Of a stretch of 64,000 nucleotides of DNA, positions 1 through 13,604 are shown piece by piece. The stretch is from Mytilus californianus (taxonomy: Eukaryota), in NCBI RefSeq assembly GCF_021869535.1, contig NW_026262701.1:113832001-113896000 (forward strand), given 5' to 3'. Each line of letters opens with the position of its first letter. Position 1 is the first letter of the stretch. The translations under genes and the position numbers were made by a program. The notes under the pieces were generated by a model. That model was not told where the DNA came from, did not search any database, and saw only the letters and a program-made list of their open reading frames with translations.

Positions 1-371
1 TTTTGTTTTTCCTATTTCAATTCTAATTGTAATTGTAGACGGAATTAAGGATAGAATAAAGGTTTTTGTGTTGAAATAAACAAACCATGGATATACTGTG
101 TGAAATTGGTCACAATTCTGTACAGTTGCATTTTTTTTTTCAAATTAAAATCCTAAGCATAAAGTACTGCAAACGTACACATCACAACAGTTTTTGTTTT
201 TTCAGAAAAAAACATCTTTGAGTAAAACTTACACTTAATTTTGTGTGTCAGAAGCGCTATTCTTCATTTACTTTCTTCAGGAACGTTCAAATTCAAAACC
301 TTGAAAGACAGAAATGTATAAATACCTGAACCCGTGAAAACTATATGACCAAAAGGTTAAGTGTTCTGTCA

Positions 372-741
372 AAAAGAAATACTGTAGCCGGTGTACGGAA
401 ACACATAAAAAGAAATACTGTAGACGGTGTACGGAAACACATAAAAAGAAATACTGTAGACGGTGTACGGAAACACATAAAAAGAAATACTGTAGACGGT
501 GTACGGAAACACATAAAAAAAAAATAATGTAGACGGTGAACGGATACACATAAAAAGAAATACTGTAGCCGTTGTACGGAAACACATAAAAAGAAATACT
601 GTAGCCAGTGTACAGAAACACATAAAAAGAAATACTGTAGCCAGTGTACGGAAACACATAAAAAGAAATACTGTAGCCAGTGTACGGAAACACATAAAAA
701 GAAATACTGTAGCCAGTGTACGGAAACACATAAAAAGAAAT
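372..741. repeat. 36-bp minisatellite, ~10 copies (ACACATAAAAAGAAATACTGTAGCCAGTGTACGGAA-like)
   Basis: The unit is directly visible. Overlapping ORFs 277..783, 341..775, 345..527 and 369..731 all show 12-aa periodicity. Confidence 0.95.
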
Positions 742-1860
742 AAACAATCCGTTTTTGGTTGATTTTATGCTGCAAACTGTCAATTACTTTTAGTCGAATG
801 TTCGGTTTTAAACAAATATTTCTTACAGAAAATGTTCTGTATTAAGGAAATTTTAAACCTCATTGTTAATTCCTTTTTCGCATTGTTTGCCTATATATTT
901 GTGAATAAGCAGATAAGCCTAAATTATTAGCTATCGACCAAAACATGAATGATTTGGATGAGGTCTCTATAGCTACCTTTTAGTAAATAGCGATTTCCCG
1001 TATATACACAATCGGTCAGCAAATCCAGCCGGCTAAATATGCATTCAGCTGTAGATGTGGATATATTTTAATAGAATATCTGACATTATTATTCCTCTTA
1101 ACAAAGCTTAGAAGTCAAGATAGAAATGAAAGTCTCTTCGATAGCGTGATGAGGAACATGTACAATTCATACAGGATAACTTGATTTACCACATCAAGAA
1201 ATAGAAGTCAGAATAAATAAAATTTTAATAATTTCATATGTACATGTACATTTTCAATTAAGAGATTACTGAATGTAGCAGCATCTAAAAACTTTTAAAA
1301 AGGAACTAAGTATCAAACTATTTCCTTACCTGTTCATTGGTTACATAACTTCTTTGTCTTTACAGTGGTATATAACTTATGTTGAATCTTTTTGTTTATG
1401 TGACATTTGAATACTAATAATATGGATTTTCATTTTTCATATTGACTCAGAAATGGTTCTAGTAGTATATAAGTCATTTGAAGTATCCGATTTCACACAG
1501 GTAAGTATAACGGTATGTTTGATTTTGTGTTACTTGATGTCGACTACAATGAGATTATCAATTTTAAAAGATAATTAAAGCGCATATAAAAGATATTGTT
1601 TTCGTATTTCTAGTATAAAATGCTTTACATGTGGTATTTTTCAACATTTTTTTTTTTATACGAATTTCATTCGGAAGATGGCATTGTCATAACTCCATTT
1701 AAGCTTTTCTGACCTGATGGGCAATGTGAGCTGTTGTCATCATTTGACGTCCGTCTGAAAACTTTTCTGTATTTTAATTTTCTTCTCTAAAATTAAAGAT
1801 CATATTCTGACCATACTTGGTAGAATTATATATTGAAAAGCCTTCTACGAACAGTCCTCA

Positions 1861-1861
1861 T

Positions 1862-1892
<31 letters not shown>

Positions 1893-2135
1893 GTGCTTAA
1901 TGTCACTTTCAACCCTATTTTGCTCTTTCTTGGCGTTCAGTTTTTATTGGTGGAGGGTGCCGGAGTACCCAGAAAGAACCACCGACCTTCGGTAGGAAAA
2001 CAAACAATCCTAGTCAATTAAGATTAGAGTCGAGCACACCTGCCACGTGAGGGATTCAAACTCACAACCTCGATGTTGACAGGATGTGGTACAATATTTC
2101 GACTACTTAGACCACTCGGCCATCGAGGCGGCTGG
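1861..2135 (-). mobile_element. tRNA-derived SINE
   Basis: The minus strand reads an A box TGGCCGAGTGG (2112-2122) and a B box GTTTGAATCC (2052-2061), and ends in an (ATCA)n tail at ~1861-1892. A second decayed copy lies at ~63105-63320. Confidence 0.8.
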
Positions 2136-3055
2136 CCCCTTCCTCATTTGATTCCGATCAGTAAAATAAACACAGGTCAACAGAGAAAATCGTTTATTCA
2201 AATCTATCAAATAAAATAAAACCTCTACCACTATTTGGGAATATTTTTAAATTCAGAGGATTGACAGCATGGAGACTCTCTATACAAACTTTCCTGATCG
2301 GGCAGTACAAAAAGTGGCATTGTTGGCACATAGTTCCCTTTGAAACCATATGGGAAATCATATTTTCATCATTTTCTCTGAAATGTCCATGCCTATTTTA
2401 ACAATTGGTACTTGACCTTAGATTGGCTATTCTTTTTAAGTCATATATATATAGAGAGAGCTCCTAACGTTTCTACTTATATTTACATCCCTGAATTTAA
2501 AATATGTAAGTTTGATTAATCCTGATGAAAGTAAAACCAGAAAAGCGCTTCTGATGCATCAAATTTATATAGTGTTATTTTGTATTGGCATGCTTAATTT
2601 ATTGAGGCTCCTTTACATATTACGATCGTAATTTAATTCTGATCGGGCCAAAAGTGTGGTCACTAGAGATCACTGATTCGGATTATCCAATTTTAAAAAA
2701 ATCTTCTTTTCTAAAAGTACAGGTGAAATGTTCTGAAACATTCAAGGATTGCATTGAGAGACATAATACAAACTATCATGATAATGACGCACATTGATAG
2801 TTTAACTTGGAATTGCGTTGCCGTCATTAATGTATGTGCGTTGAGTTTTCATGAAAAGGGAAATTTCAACCTTTAAAAAACGTACATGTAGTTGTATCGC
2901 GCTGTTAGTTATTGTATCAAGCATCTATTCATTAGCAATCTGTTATATGATCAGGTATCCCCAAGCAGGTAGCAATGTCCACGTAATGTCATCATTGAAC
3001 TGTTCCTTAGTTCTGACCTTATTTGTTCCTATCAGCTGACATCGTATTGGTAGAT

Positions 3056-3088
3056 GTATGTATGTATGTATGTATGTATGTATGTATG

Positions 3089-3117
<29 letters not shown>
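3056..3117. repeat. (TATG)n microsatellite
   Basis: Directly visible, ~15 units. Confidence 0.98.
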
Positions 3118-3119
<2 letters not shown>

Positions 3120-3744
3120 CCAACCGAATGTACCAAATATGCCATAACAAACCGATTGTATAGAATACACTTCCCTCTATTTAAAACCACAAGAAAGTAC
3201 CAAGTACACTTAGATTGATCTAAATCAAGCGAATATACCGACTACACATCACTCGATCATATATATCCAAAAATGTATAACAAAAATACTGAACTCAAAG
3301 GTAAATTCAAAAGGGGGAAGACCATAAAAAAGGGCAAAATCAAACGTAATCAATCGACGGAACGATTGAAAACAACTGTCATATGCCTGACTTGGTACAG
3401 GCATTTATCGCAGAAAACTGTGGGTAAGCTAAAACTCCCACTTGTATGACAGTTGTTTATAGTTCCGTTATATTTACACAATTGGGTGAGCAACTCTAAC
3501 AGACATAACAGGTAAATGTGACAATAATTGGGACCAAGAAGCCAAAATTGTGTAAACACACATCACAACTGACTATAACATTCAAACACACATACAAATA
3601 AATCTAACAAAGACGCCAACAAAAAAGGTGTTGTAGTTGATAGTAAATTTGAAAAGACGCCAATCAAAATGTTTTTGTAGTTGATAGTATATTTACAAAG
3701 CTAATGTACCATGTAAACTCCATTCAACCTGAACGAAAACAAGA

Positions 3745-3813
3745 TCGAGATTGCGGTAGCAGTATTTCGTACATTGGAATTGAATGTACGAAATACTGCT
3801 CCCTCAATCTCGA
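3745..3813. repeat. Near-perfect inverted repeat (31-bp arms, 7-nt loop)
   Basis: TCGAGATTGCGGTAGCAGTATTTCGTACATT (3745-3775) versus the reverse complement of 3783-3813 gives 29/31 matches. Confidence 0.9.
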
Positions 3814-6800
3814 CCTAGAAACTGTACCAAATACGCTTGAATCAATTTCTGAACTAACGCCTACATTGGCGACAACTGAAAACAGTACCATGCAGGTCCA
3901 TCAAATCTCCCATATATATAAAATATAAAACGGCTATTAAGGAAAAAAGTGTGAATATAAAAAATGTATTTGTTTGTTACTTACTATGAGTAATTCGTGT
4001 GACATGATCATCCTTTAAAGGAAACAAAACATAAAATATAAAACGGCTATTAAGGAAAAATTGTGTGAAAATGAATAAGTATTCGATGGTGAACCTTACT
4101 ATGAGTAATTCATTGTACATTATTTGAAGGGAAACATATGTTATGGGTTAATTTTATCAGTCATGTGAATTCATCTGTATTAATTGTATCAGTCATGTGT
4201 ATTGATTTGTAATTGAGTGTAATTAGCTAAATTCGTTGTTGAAGAAATTAATGTTTTAAATAATGACGTATAATTTGACCAGATGTTACCACTTAATGTT
4301 ATGTTAATATTTATGCAACCAATATCAACAAAACTGTTTCTTTGATTAAAGACAAATCCATTTATTCAGATCTACCAATAATATCTTCTTTAAGTTTCAT
4401 TTTCAGTTGAGGCTTGGTAAAAGCTTTACAATTAGCCAATTAAGAATGGGGTCACCGACCTCGTTTTCGGTTTTAAACGTTAAATCTTTTTCGTGGAATT
4501 TGGAAATCGGGACTTGTAGTTATTAGCAGTGTAATATTTTATGAAAAGTCCGTACGATCACATAAAAATTGTTTGTTTTGTTTAACCTTGTTGTTACTAG
4601 AAATTATATTAACGATATTATCATCTTCTGATAACAAATAATAACAATGAGTTGCTATAATAATTTTCCAGCCCTTTTTTAGAGTTTTTAGAGTAAAAAA
4701 AATAGGTTTTAAAAAAAAATTGACCATATTTTTCTCGATGAAAATTCAATAGAAAAAATCTTTTAGAGATGATGGAAGTATTTGTGCGACAAACAAACAT
4801 GTTGGTTTCAGGAAAAAGCTGCATTTTTTCTAATATTACTTATGTACATCATCATATAAACTACTTTATCTGTATTCAAAATCTTATTCTAACGAAAGAG
4901 AGCGAGAGCACCTGCATGCTAGCTTGGTACATAGACATAAAAAAATCTTTATGTTCAGATAATCATAAAAATGATGTCGTGTTTTATTTGTGTTGAGGAA
5001 TGTTGGTTATTTTTCATTCATACTAAAATAGACATTAGTAACTTTAAAAAATTACCCGTATCAGCTATTGAAAATGTGTGTTTAATGACTTGAATTGGAA
5101 TTCGATAAATTTCTTCGGGGTTTCTGTTTCCACTACAACTTTACTGAATGCATATGAAGTTATATAAAAACTCGTATCAACTATTTACAAAACAAACGTA
5201 CTTACAGACAAAGTAGCAGAAAGATAAGTCGAAGCAAAATCATGTTCCGATAACGTTTGGAGTGTTATGTAACCTACAGTTTTTTTTGTTTTTTTTTTTT
5301 GTCATATATTTCCCGTAGAACTACGTATTTTCAAAAACATATTGTGAGATCAATTCCTGCTGGAATCTAATCAACTTGGTACCAATGGAAACAGAATTGT
5401 CATAGGTTTATTTGTTTATTTGGTTATCTTTTTCTATGAGAAGCGTTGTCCTCTCCTGATGATATCAAGACAATTATCACTTTTGTCAGTAAATTTGCTA
5501 TATATTTCAACCAATTGAATTGTAAAAATATATATATATAAGTATACAGAATAACACCAGGATAAAAAAAACAACAACAAATGAAGACAAGGTTTTGATC
5601 AAATAAACAAGTACACTTCAAATGATTTTTTTTTTTCAACTCATAGTTTGTTAAGATCCAACCATACATGCATTTAAAATATTTTTTTCTCGATCAAACC
5701 TTTAAAAATTATTTTCATAACATAGAAGTGACAAATCTTATTCCAATCTTTGTGTCCATCGTTTAAAAAAAATCAAACAAAGCATAAATAATCGGACAAA
5801 AGAACGGAAAAAATAAACATTAGATGAAAGGGAATAAAAATCTGTCCAAATTACACACGTTGTGAAATTATAGATTAACTGCATGATTTTTGGCTACTAA
5901 ATGTCCACCGACAAATATTTTATTCAACAAAGTAACATGTTGATAAGACGCAAAAGGTCAGAGTCAACAGGCAGACACCAATCAGTATCGAAAAATGATA
6001 AATGTAGCTGTACACTTTCCTATATATGTATAGCAAATTAGATATCCGGAAATTTGAGGTACGAAAGTAAGGAATACATGTAAATATCACAAAACAAGTT
6101 CAGCAACTTTGACTTTAAAAAAAGATGCGGAAGATACCAAAGGGACACCTAAAACTTATAAGTCAAAGAGAAAATGGAAACGCTAAATAAAAATCATGAT
6201 TTTAAATATGACATATACATTTGAAGGATTCGTACAACAAAAATGAATTCGGTAGCCCCTTGTAAATCTTATATCAATAAAACGAAAATTTTAGTGACAA
6301 TGAAAAATAATTTTAAAAGAAAGTACATGTTTTTGAGAAAAGTCAATTTAAAGTCAAATTATTCAATAGTGTTTGTGGTATTTACGAGCATCCTAATATA
6401 TATATTTGTACTTTGTTTTATAGAATATTCAGATTGCTTTATCACCGAAAATCTAACTTTACTTGCATACTTTTTGAATATTTATTTGTGGTGCTTATGG
6501 ATCAATTTGCCTGCAAAATTTCATAAAAATCCGTTAGATAGCCCATTTACGTCCTGTTACCTAAAGAAATCTAAAGTGACCGTCGAAACAGAATTGATAT
6601 CAGAAGGAAACAATTCCATGATGTTGTGCATTGTTACGCTTCTTTCTGACGTTTTCCGTTCAAATTTTAAATCTAGGGCCTATCCCATGGCACTCAATGG
6701 TATTTTAACAAAAAAAGCCGTGGCACTCTAAGGGTTAAAAAAAATACCTTTCTGTATTTCGTGCTTTTTACAAGATTCTATTTATATTTGTTCTATTATT

Positions 6801-7513
6801 TAACCATCAATTATCATCTCAATAATTGGCTTAAAATAACATTATCCATGGCTTAGTATAATTCTCGGATTTTGATTGGCTGATGCACGTCGTTTAAAAA
6901 CCCATATCCCCGGGTGTTGCTACCCATTACCCCCGGGGAACTTTACGCGCGTTTTCCTTAGTTCCGTGGTTGTTCCCATTAAAAAATTGAATTCTGTAGA
7001 TTATCCGTGGTGTCTGTATTTAAATATGTAATCCACTAACGATTTTATCTTTTTATGCCAATCATTGGCATTCATTTCAGTAAATGCATCACTTGGCTTC
7101 CACATCGTCAATGAACGGGACTACGGACCTAGTAATGCAAATGACCCGCGTTGACGTCCCACCGTCTATGAAGTAACGCTTGTCCAATTTTGTGCCTAAT
7201 TTGATTAATTCTAGTGTCTCTGGATTAAAAAGTCTTATATTTGAATACCTTTAGGGTTCTACCATAGGTAGTAGTACCCTACACTCCGTAAAAAATATGG
7301 TCAAATTTCCAAATTTCAATAAAACCTTTTTAAATGATATAAATGCGTTGCTTTCACGTTACACTTTGTGTCCGATCTTCTCTTAAAATCGCTCGATTAC
7401 TAAGACCGGGGATAAATTCGTTATCTACGTTCATATCCGTAGATATGGGTATTTTAACACCCTTCAGTATCCTGTACACCCTTCGGATCCTTGAGGGTCA
7501 TCCATACATATAT

Positions 7514-7554
<41 letters not shown>

Positions 7555-8591
7555 TTTAATAGCAAAACATTTCCGGATTGTGAGATTCAAAACCATTCTC
7601 TTACCTCAATCATATAATCTAACTTCGTTAGATAAAAAGGGACTTGATGTATAACGTGGATGGGAATAATTTATACAGAGACTTTTTCGGTTATTTATTT
7701 TTAAAAATTGGTTTATCTGTAAAATACGTCTTAGTAAGTACAATGCATTGTTCCTGTGATCAAATAGATCAACACTGATGATACCTTAATTGCTAAAACT
7801 TTATTTATCTGTCCTTATTTTAAATTTATGAAGATATATTTGTTTCTCTAATTCTGTATGCGTTTAAACCAGTTCTGATCAGTTGATAAATTTTGATAAA
7901 CTACACCTTGAATTAATTTCTCTCATGTATCTCCGCCATATCAATACGGAACTATCACTACGCATTTTTCATTATATGATTAGATTGATTGATTGATGTT
8001 TGCTTAACGTCTAGTAGCAAATATCGCATGCATGTTTAGGACGATATATCATTAGAGAAACAGTTTCTACCATTTTGCATCGTTAACTACAATTTACAAT
8101 GTTCGGTAAACCACGAATCGAATCTTGAAGTTTGACTATCACGAGTGAATACATATCATTATTAACGGGGTTGTGTGGTAGAATATATATATATATTATA
8201 TCATAATCAAAAATTAACGCGAAGCTGTTTAAAAAGTTTGTTGAAGAACAGCATAAATATGCTTCCTTTGCATCTATCTGTATCATATAACAGATAGAAA
8301 ATGCAAATTTTAGAAAAATTAGGACAAAACTTTATATGAAGAGGACAAAACGCGAGCAAGACAGAGCAACGCAAAACGGGAAGAAAATATAAAACTCTTT
8401 AGCTTAAGCCGAAATAAATGAAAATAAATGAGATTTTCTGGAAGGGAAACTTTATCCTGTTTAGCATGAAAATATGTTGTTGTATTGCCTAGTACTAAAG
8501 CCGTTAAAGTGTAAAATTTGGTCTGGCTGAGAATATAAGTAGAAATGGTCAAAATAAGTATTAAAAACGGAAATTAACTTATAATATAAAA

Positions 8592-9495
8592 ATTTGTAAG
8601 GGTTCCGCGGAACCCAGTGTCTCGCCTACTTTTGATGTTAATCACAGGCTCAACAATAAAAATGAGGAAAAAAATTAATAAAAATATTCCTCTCTATACT
8701 ATCTCTTGATTGTAAGTAGCTTCTGTCCAAGTTTGGTAAAAATCCAGGATAGTTTATGAATCTAATAAATGTTTTAAAATAAAAACTTAAACTGCAGACT
8801 GTTATGTAATGTTAACTGGAAGAAAAACTAAGTCCATTTATAAGTAAAATACGGAAAAAATGGAACAAAATTTTAACAAAATTTCCTTTTTGATACTAGC
8901 TTTAAATCATAAACAAGCTTCTGTCCAAGTTTGGTACAAATCCAGGATAGTTTAAGAAAGTTGTTAAAATTTTAAAAACTTTAACCACAGAGTGAATGTA
9001 ATGTTAACTGGCAGAAAAACTAAGTCCATTTATAAGTAAAATACGAAAAAAATGGATTTTTTTTTTTACAAAATTTACTTCTGGATACTATCTTATGATC
9101 ACAAACAAGCTTCTTTCCAAGTTTGGTACAAATCCAGGATAGTTTAAGAAAGTTATTAAAATTTCAAAAACTTTAACCACAGAGTGAATGTAATGTTACC
9201 TGGCAGAAAAACTAAGTCCATTTATAAGTAAAATACGGAAAAAATGGATTTTTTTTTTTACAAAATTTACTTTTGAATATTATCTTATGATCATAAACAA
9301 GCTTCTGTCCAAGTTTGGTAGAAATCCAGGGTAGTTTAAGAAAATTATTAAAATTTCAAAAACTTTAACCACAGAGTGAATATTTGTGGACGCCGCCGAC
9401 GACAACGACGACAACGACGACGACGACGACGCCGACGGAATGTAGGATCGCTATGTCTCGCTTTTTCGACAAAAGTCGAAGGCTCGACAAAAATG
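8592..9495 (+). mobile_element. Non-autonomous HINE/Helentron-like element with internal ~192-bp tandem repeats
   Basis: 5' palindrome GGGTTCCGCGGAACCC. AGCTTCTGTCCAAGTTTGGT recurs near 8718, 8916, 9108 and 9300. A (GAC)n microsatellite lies at ~9390-9437, followed by the 3' hairpin TTCGAC-AAAA-GTCGAA. This is the modular layout of HINE/Pearl-type elements. Confidence 0.7.
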
Positions 9496-9648
9496 TAACA
9501 ATTCTGGTCATCTTATAGGTGTATTTAAAGTCGAGAAATCAAATCAAAGATATCAGTCTGAATACACTTGAAGACAGAAAATTAAATTTAAACCGAATCT
9601 TACTGAATTGAAAATACTTGTTAATATCTTTTAAAAATTGGATAAATC

Positions 9649-10140
9649 TTAAAATGTTTGTTTTGGTGCTGTTTTAGGTATAACTAAACTTTTGAGTTGT
9701 TCGTAACTGGAACCCTTCGTGTACGGTCTGTCGGCATATCCACGTGTTCTTACGGGGTTGTCATCTTCAAATCTTGATCCATCTTCGTCCTGTTTATAAT
9801 CTTCACTATTGAAAGATTCCTTCCTTTCTGCTTTTCGATCATGTGATCGTTTACTATCACCTATTCTGTGGTCAGTTTGGGATTTTTCCTGTCTGCGTTC
9901 CTCTTTTGGGGCTGGTGGAGGCCTTTTATCATCTTTGGCCGTTGTTTGTTGCTTACGGTCAACTTTTTGTACTGTTGGTTGTTTAGCTTCTTCTTTTTGT
10001 TTGATTTCTTGATTCCGAGGCGGAAGCGGATTTCCTCTCCTGTCACTAGTAGTGAAAATATCAAAGGAATCTTTTGATTTCTCTTTTTGAACAATGGCAT
10101 GAAAATTGTCATCTTGTTGTTTTGCAAGCAGAACTCTGAC
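9649..10140 (-). CDS. MS4A/CD20-like gene, last coding exon (163-aa charged cytoplasmic tail, VRVLLAKQQ...SSYEQLKSLVIPKTAPKQTF*)
   Basis: Acceptor TTTCCTTTAG|GTC at 10140. The phase-0 frame is open for 164 codons to TAA at 9649-9651. It is missing from the ORF track, which lists only a different frame (9861..10127). Confidence 0.8.
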   Translation of the reverse strand, partial: VRVLLAKQQDDNFHAIVQKEKSKDSFDIFTTSDRRGNPLPPRNQEIKQKEEAKQPTVQKVDRKQQTTAKDDKRPPPAPKEERRQEKSQTDHRIGDSKRSHDRKAERKESFNSEDYKQDEDGSRFEDDNPVRTRGYADRPYTKGSSYEQLKSLVIPKTAPKQTF

Positions 10141-10344
10141 CTAAAGGAAATGAAATAAGACCTGAAAACTTATTAGAAATAATAAGTATTCTTACTGTGT
10201 GGTGTTTATTGAAGGACAGCGTACAATATGTAGTCCCGTTACATGTATCAAATTTAATTATAAACTGATTATCAGGGGTCCGGTAAACACAGACTGAATT
10301 TTGCTTAATACACTTATCACCCTAACCCCTTAAAAGCTTACATC

Positions 10345-10346
<2 letters not shown>

Positions 10347-10404
<58 letters not shown>
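10347..10404. repeat. (AT)n microsatellite
   Basis: Directly visible. A shorter (AT)n lies at ~7508-7551. Confidence 0.98.
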
Positions 10405-10408
<4 letters not shown>

Positions 10409-11263
10409 CCCCTGTAACAAGAAATTTGTTTTGCATGCACACGTATAAAAATTGCTGTTTTTATCCAACGCAATCATAGGTTTGAACGTTGCTTTCAATT
10501 TAGACTTGTTTATATTTTTTCGTTTGGGCTTGTATTATATTTGCCTTCGGGTTTATATGATCCGTTCATCCTATTTTGACTCCTCAAAATTCAAGAGTCT
10601 ATCCTAAATTGAGGTAAATTATATGGCCTTCCAAATACCGTTTCGATGCCTAACATCACTGAAGAGACATTAATTGTCGAAATCCGGATATGGTGTACAA
10701 AAATCTTTGCACCTTTGTTTGCGGTATACCATCTTTGACGCAAGTTTATTGTTTTCTGTTTGGTATTAAATTTATAACTAAGATCCATTTATTACACCTT
10801 GTGATCCGTTTATTTGGCAATTGCCAATGGCAGTCAGCAGGGTTTAAGAACATTTGTTGTTCGACCTGTTAGTCAATTGCGTTTTGTTAAAATATACTTT
10901 TTCACTTTTTTGGTCTTTTGGAAAATGTTGTTTGTGCTGTATTTAGACCCCTGTAACAAGAAATTTGTTTTGCATGCACACGTATAAAAATTGCAGTTTT
11001 TATCCAACGCAATCATATGTCGTTGTTTTCAATTTAGACTTGTATATATATATGTGTAGGTTATACACTTGGCATTATATACAATATATGAAAAGATACA
11101 ATGGTCTAAAATACGGAAAGGGTAGAAATTATGGACCTCCTTATTACCTTGGTTCATAAACGTGTATCTGATTGTCAAATAATCATTTTGTGTTTTCTAT
11201 TCGTTGATGTGTAACTGTACTAAAACCATAAAAACAAAAAGACGTTATTAAGTAGGTAAATAC

Positions 11264-11398
11264 CCTTGATGAATCAAATGGTGCACAGCAGCAGCAAACA
11301 GACGCAGATATAAGAGCAAATATTATTTCACAAAATGCAAAAAACATGACCAGCAACGGCACTAACCATCGGAAGCCCTCTGGAGTTATCTCATGTCT
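11264..11398 (-). CDS. MS4A/CD20-like gene exon 5 (TM4: RHEITPEGFRWLVPLLVMFFAFCEIIFALISASVCCCCAPFDSSR)
   Basis: Acceptor CATTTCAG|AGA, donor AGG|GTATTT, 135 nt, phase 0-0. The hydrophobic helix with an internal Glu followed by a Cys cluster is typical of MS4A TM4. Confidence 0.85.
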
Positions 11399-12550
11399 CT
11401 GAAATGATAGAATTATAATGTTTAGCTCACAGAACAGTTTATTGTACAACTTGCAATGTTTAGTTGTTTACTGTTCATATGTCATAGATTCAACGCTTTT
11501 GATCGTTTGTCAACAATGTCAATCGGAGGCACAAAATCTAGTGGTTTTTGTAATGTGACCAAGTACACGTCGTATTGTTTTTTGTAACTGAACGCTACCA
11601 ATTCTCATCAAAGATACCAAGTTTAAAATTTGGTACGCCAGACGCGCGTTTCGTCTACATGAGACTCATCATTGGTACTCTAATTAAACAAGTTGCACTG
11701 CCAAATCAAATATTACGTTGAAGAGCGTGAATAACCGAAAATTCCGAAAAGATGTGACAAATACGTCAAACACGTGCTAAGAAGATAGAGCCTCCAATCT
11801 AAGTTTTATAATATTTTGCAATCAAATAATTCATAAAATCGGGTAAAGTAAGATATGAAACTATATCTAAGTGTGATTGTAATTATAAAGATTACATGTA
11901 AATGTACCAGAGCGCCATATGGCACGTATGACTTATTATATTTACTATGTTTCTGTTTCCCTGTGTACTATATGACTGGTTACCTAAATTTATACATATA
12001 CATGTATATTGATTGTGCAAATGATAATCTTTTCACGGCACAAATTTGAACTTACTTGGGAGATCACAGTATTACATTTCAAAATTTGTTGGGATTATTT
12101 ATGGTCGCAAATGAAATTTATTTGCGACACGCCTGCTGAGTGAGTTATATCTTACCGTATTTAGGTTTAGATTTGCTATATCTTGCGTATGAGCATTGAA
12201 CTGTAGATAATGTTATCGTTCAAAACTTCAAAAGATTTGTTAGTCTATAAAATAGTAATACCAGTCTACAATTTTATCTGTTGAAACCGTATGTGACGCC
12301 ATTTTTCTTCATATGAAAAGGGTGTATAATTAATAGCTAGTAAAACAGTTTCTATATTCAAAAATGTCTACTGCAAATATACAGAACGCAGGTGTTCATA
12401 AATACATATAAAATCGAATCGTAAAAATCAGTAATTGCGCTCGAAATTTGATTTCCTTTACATGAGAAGGGTTTACAAACGATCTACGTGATTACCATGA
12501 AATGAAAAACTTATATATTCCCTCTAGGTATAATGGTTCATAAAACTTAC

Positions 12551-12637
12551 CAAATATGCCGATGTCACGCTGACAATTAAACAGAGAGGTCCCGAAACAG
12601 CAGCACATGTTATACTTAGTATCAGGAACGTCATTTT
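12551..12637 (-). CDS. MS4A/CD20-like gene exon 4 (TM3: KMTFLILSITCAAVSGPLCLIVSVTSAYL)
   Basis: Acceptor TTTTTAACAG|AAA, donor TTG|GTAAGT, 87 nt, phase 0-0. Confidence 0.85.
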
Positions 12638-13047
12638 CTGTTAAAAAGGTATTACAGACAGTTATACCCCAAATTTATGCTATTTCAATTTTTAGTTTCA
12701 TCATTGTGTTTATTTAAACCGTTTTTATACTTTCGTGATTCTTCAGTATACAAAGCGTTAATCATATAAAAGATAATAAATTACTAAGCTTTTTAGTATA
12801 ACGTTTTTAGTGTTGGGCCTTTCTGTGAACTAGTTTTCAAAAGAAGATTTGAATGTACTAGACTTGACATTATTAATTAGTATCATAGAAAGCACTTTTT
12901 CACTATTGCATATTTATTCATTAAACTGAAGCTCATCATCTTACATTCAAAATAAGAAATAAAGATATTAGTACTAGTATCTCCTTAGATCATAGGTATG
13001 CGTTTTGCATACTGTTTATATTTTCAATTTTGATAAGTTTTACATAC

Positions 13048-13113
13048 GTAATAATTAATGTTTGCAAGTTTCTTCTGTGATAAAATGGCGGCGAAAGCTC
13101 CGGTAACACAATA
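13048..13113 (-). CDS. MS4A/CD20-like gene exon 3 (end of TM2: YCVTGAFAAILSQKKLANINYY)
   Basis: Acceptor TTATTTTTCAG|TAT, donor TAC|GTATGT, 66 nt, phase 0-0. It joins SPVWCGIW to YCVTGAF, matching the MS4A TM2 pattern (P-x-W-x-G-x-W...x-x-G). Confidence 0.85.
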
Positions 13114-13321
13114 CTGAAAAATAACGTATATTGGTATGTTAAAACGTACCTTTATTAGTAATTAATTGGCACAAATGCCCGCTTCTGTGAGGAACTTTCT
13201 ACAAAGGCTTCAAAATCAACTTTTTAAACATAAAACACTTAAAGTAACCCAAACGCATCTGAGATCGATCACATTTACTTGAAAGATTCGAAGATGACAT
13301 TGTCTTACAATTATTAATTGA

Positions 13322-13604
13322 AAACAAGAATGTGTCCATAGTACACGGATACCCCACTCGCACCATCATTTTCTATGTTCAGTGGACCGTGAAATTGGGG
13401 TCAAAACTCTTATTTGGCAATAAAATTAGAAAGATCATATCATAGGGAACATTTGTACTAAGTTTCTAATTGATTGGACTTCAACTTCATCAAAAACTAC
13501 CTTAACCAAAAACTTTAACCTGAAACGGGACAGACGAACGAACGGATGGACGAACGGACGGACGAACGAACGAACGAACGGACGCAGAGACCGAAAAACA
13601 TAAT
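13322..13604 (+). mobile_element. Left part of a small HINE/MITE-like element with a (GACG/GAAC)n tract, split by the LINE; the right part is 20163-20196
   Basis: An intact reverse-oriented family member at ~56041-56330 reads ...AAAAATATAATGCCCCTAAGTGAGGGGCATATAAA. Here ...AAAAACATAAT ends at 13604 and ATGCCC...GGGGCATAAAAAC resumes at 20163. Confidence 0.85.

Noticed and set aside
277-783. Four overlapping ORFs of 60-168 aa
   Set aside because: They are translations of a stop-poor 36-bp minisatellite, with no splice or domain support.
1330-1506. Exon-like signals on both strands (plus donor CAG|GTAAGT at 1500; minus donor CAG|GTAAGG at 1330)
   Set aside because: No partner exons or convincing reading frame could be built within the window.
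6690-6738. piggyBac-like right end (...GGCACTCTAAGGG|TTAA) and the 162-aa ORF 6243..6731
   Set aside because: I could not find a matching left terminus, and the ORF is low-complexity AT-rich with no transposase motifs.
9649-9720. Full ITAM in the MS4A-like tail, and a PDZ class I ligand at its C-terminus
   Set aside because: The first tyrosines lack the YxxL/I pattern and the -2 residue is Gln, so only the ITIM-like SSYEQL is supported.
9861-10127. 88-aa ORF in the track (MQNNKMTIF...)
   Set aside because: It is the wrong frame of the MS4A-like last exon. The phase-0 frame from the acceptor at 10140 is open for 163 aa.
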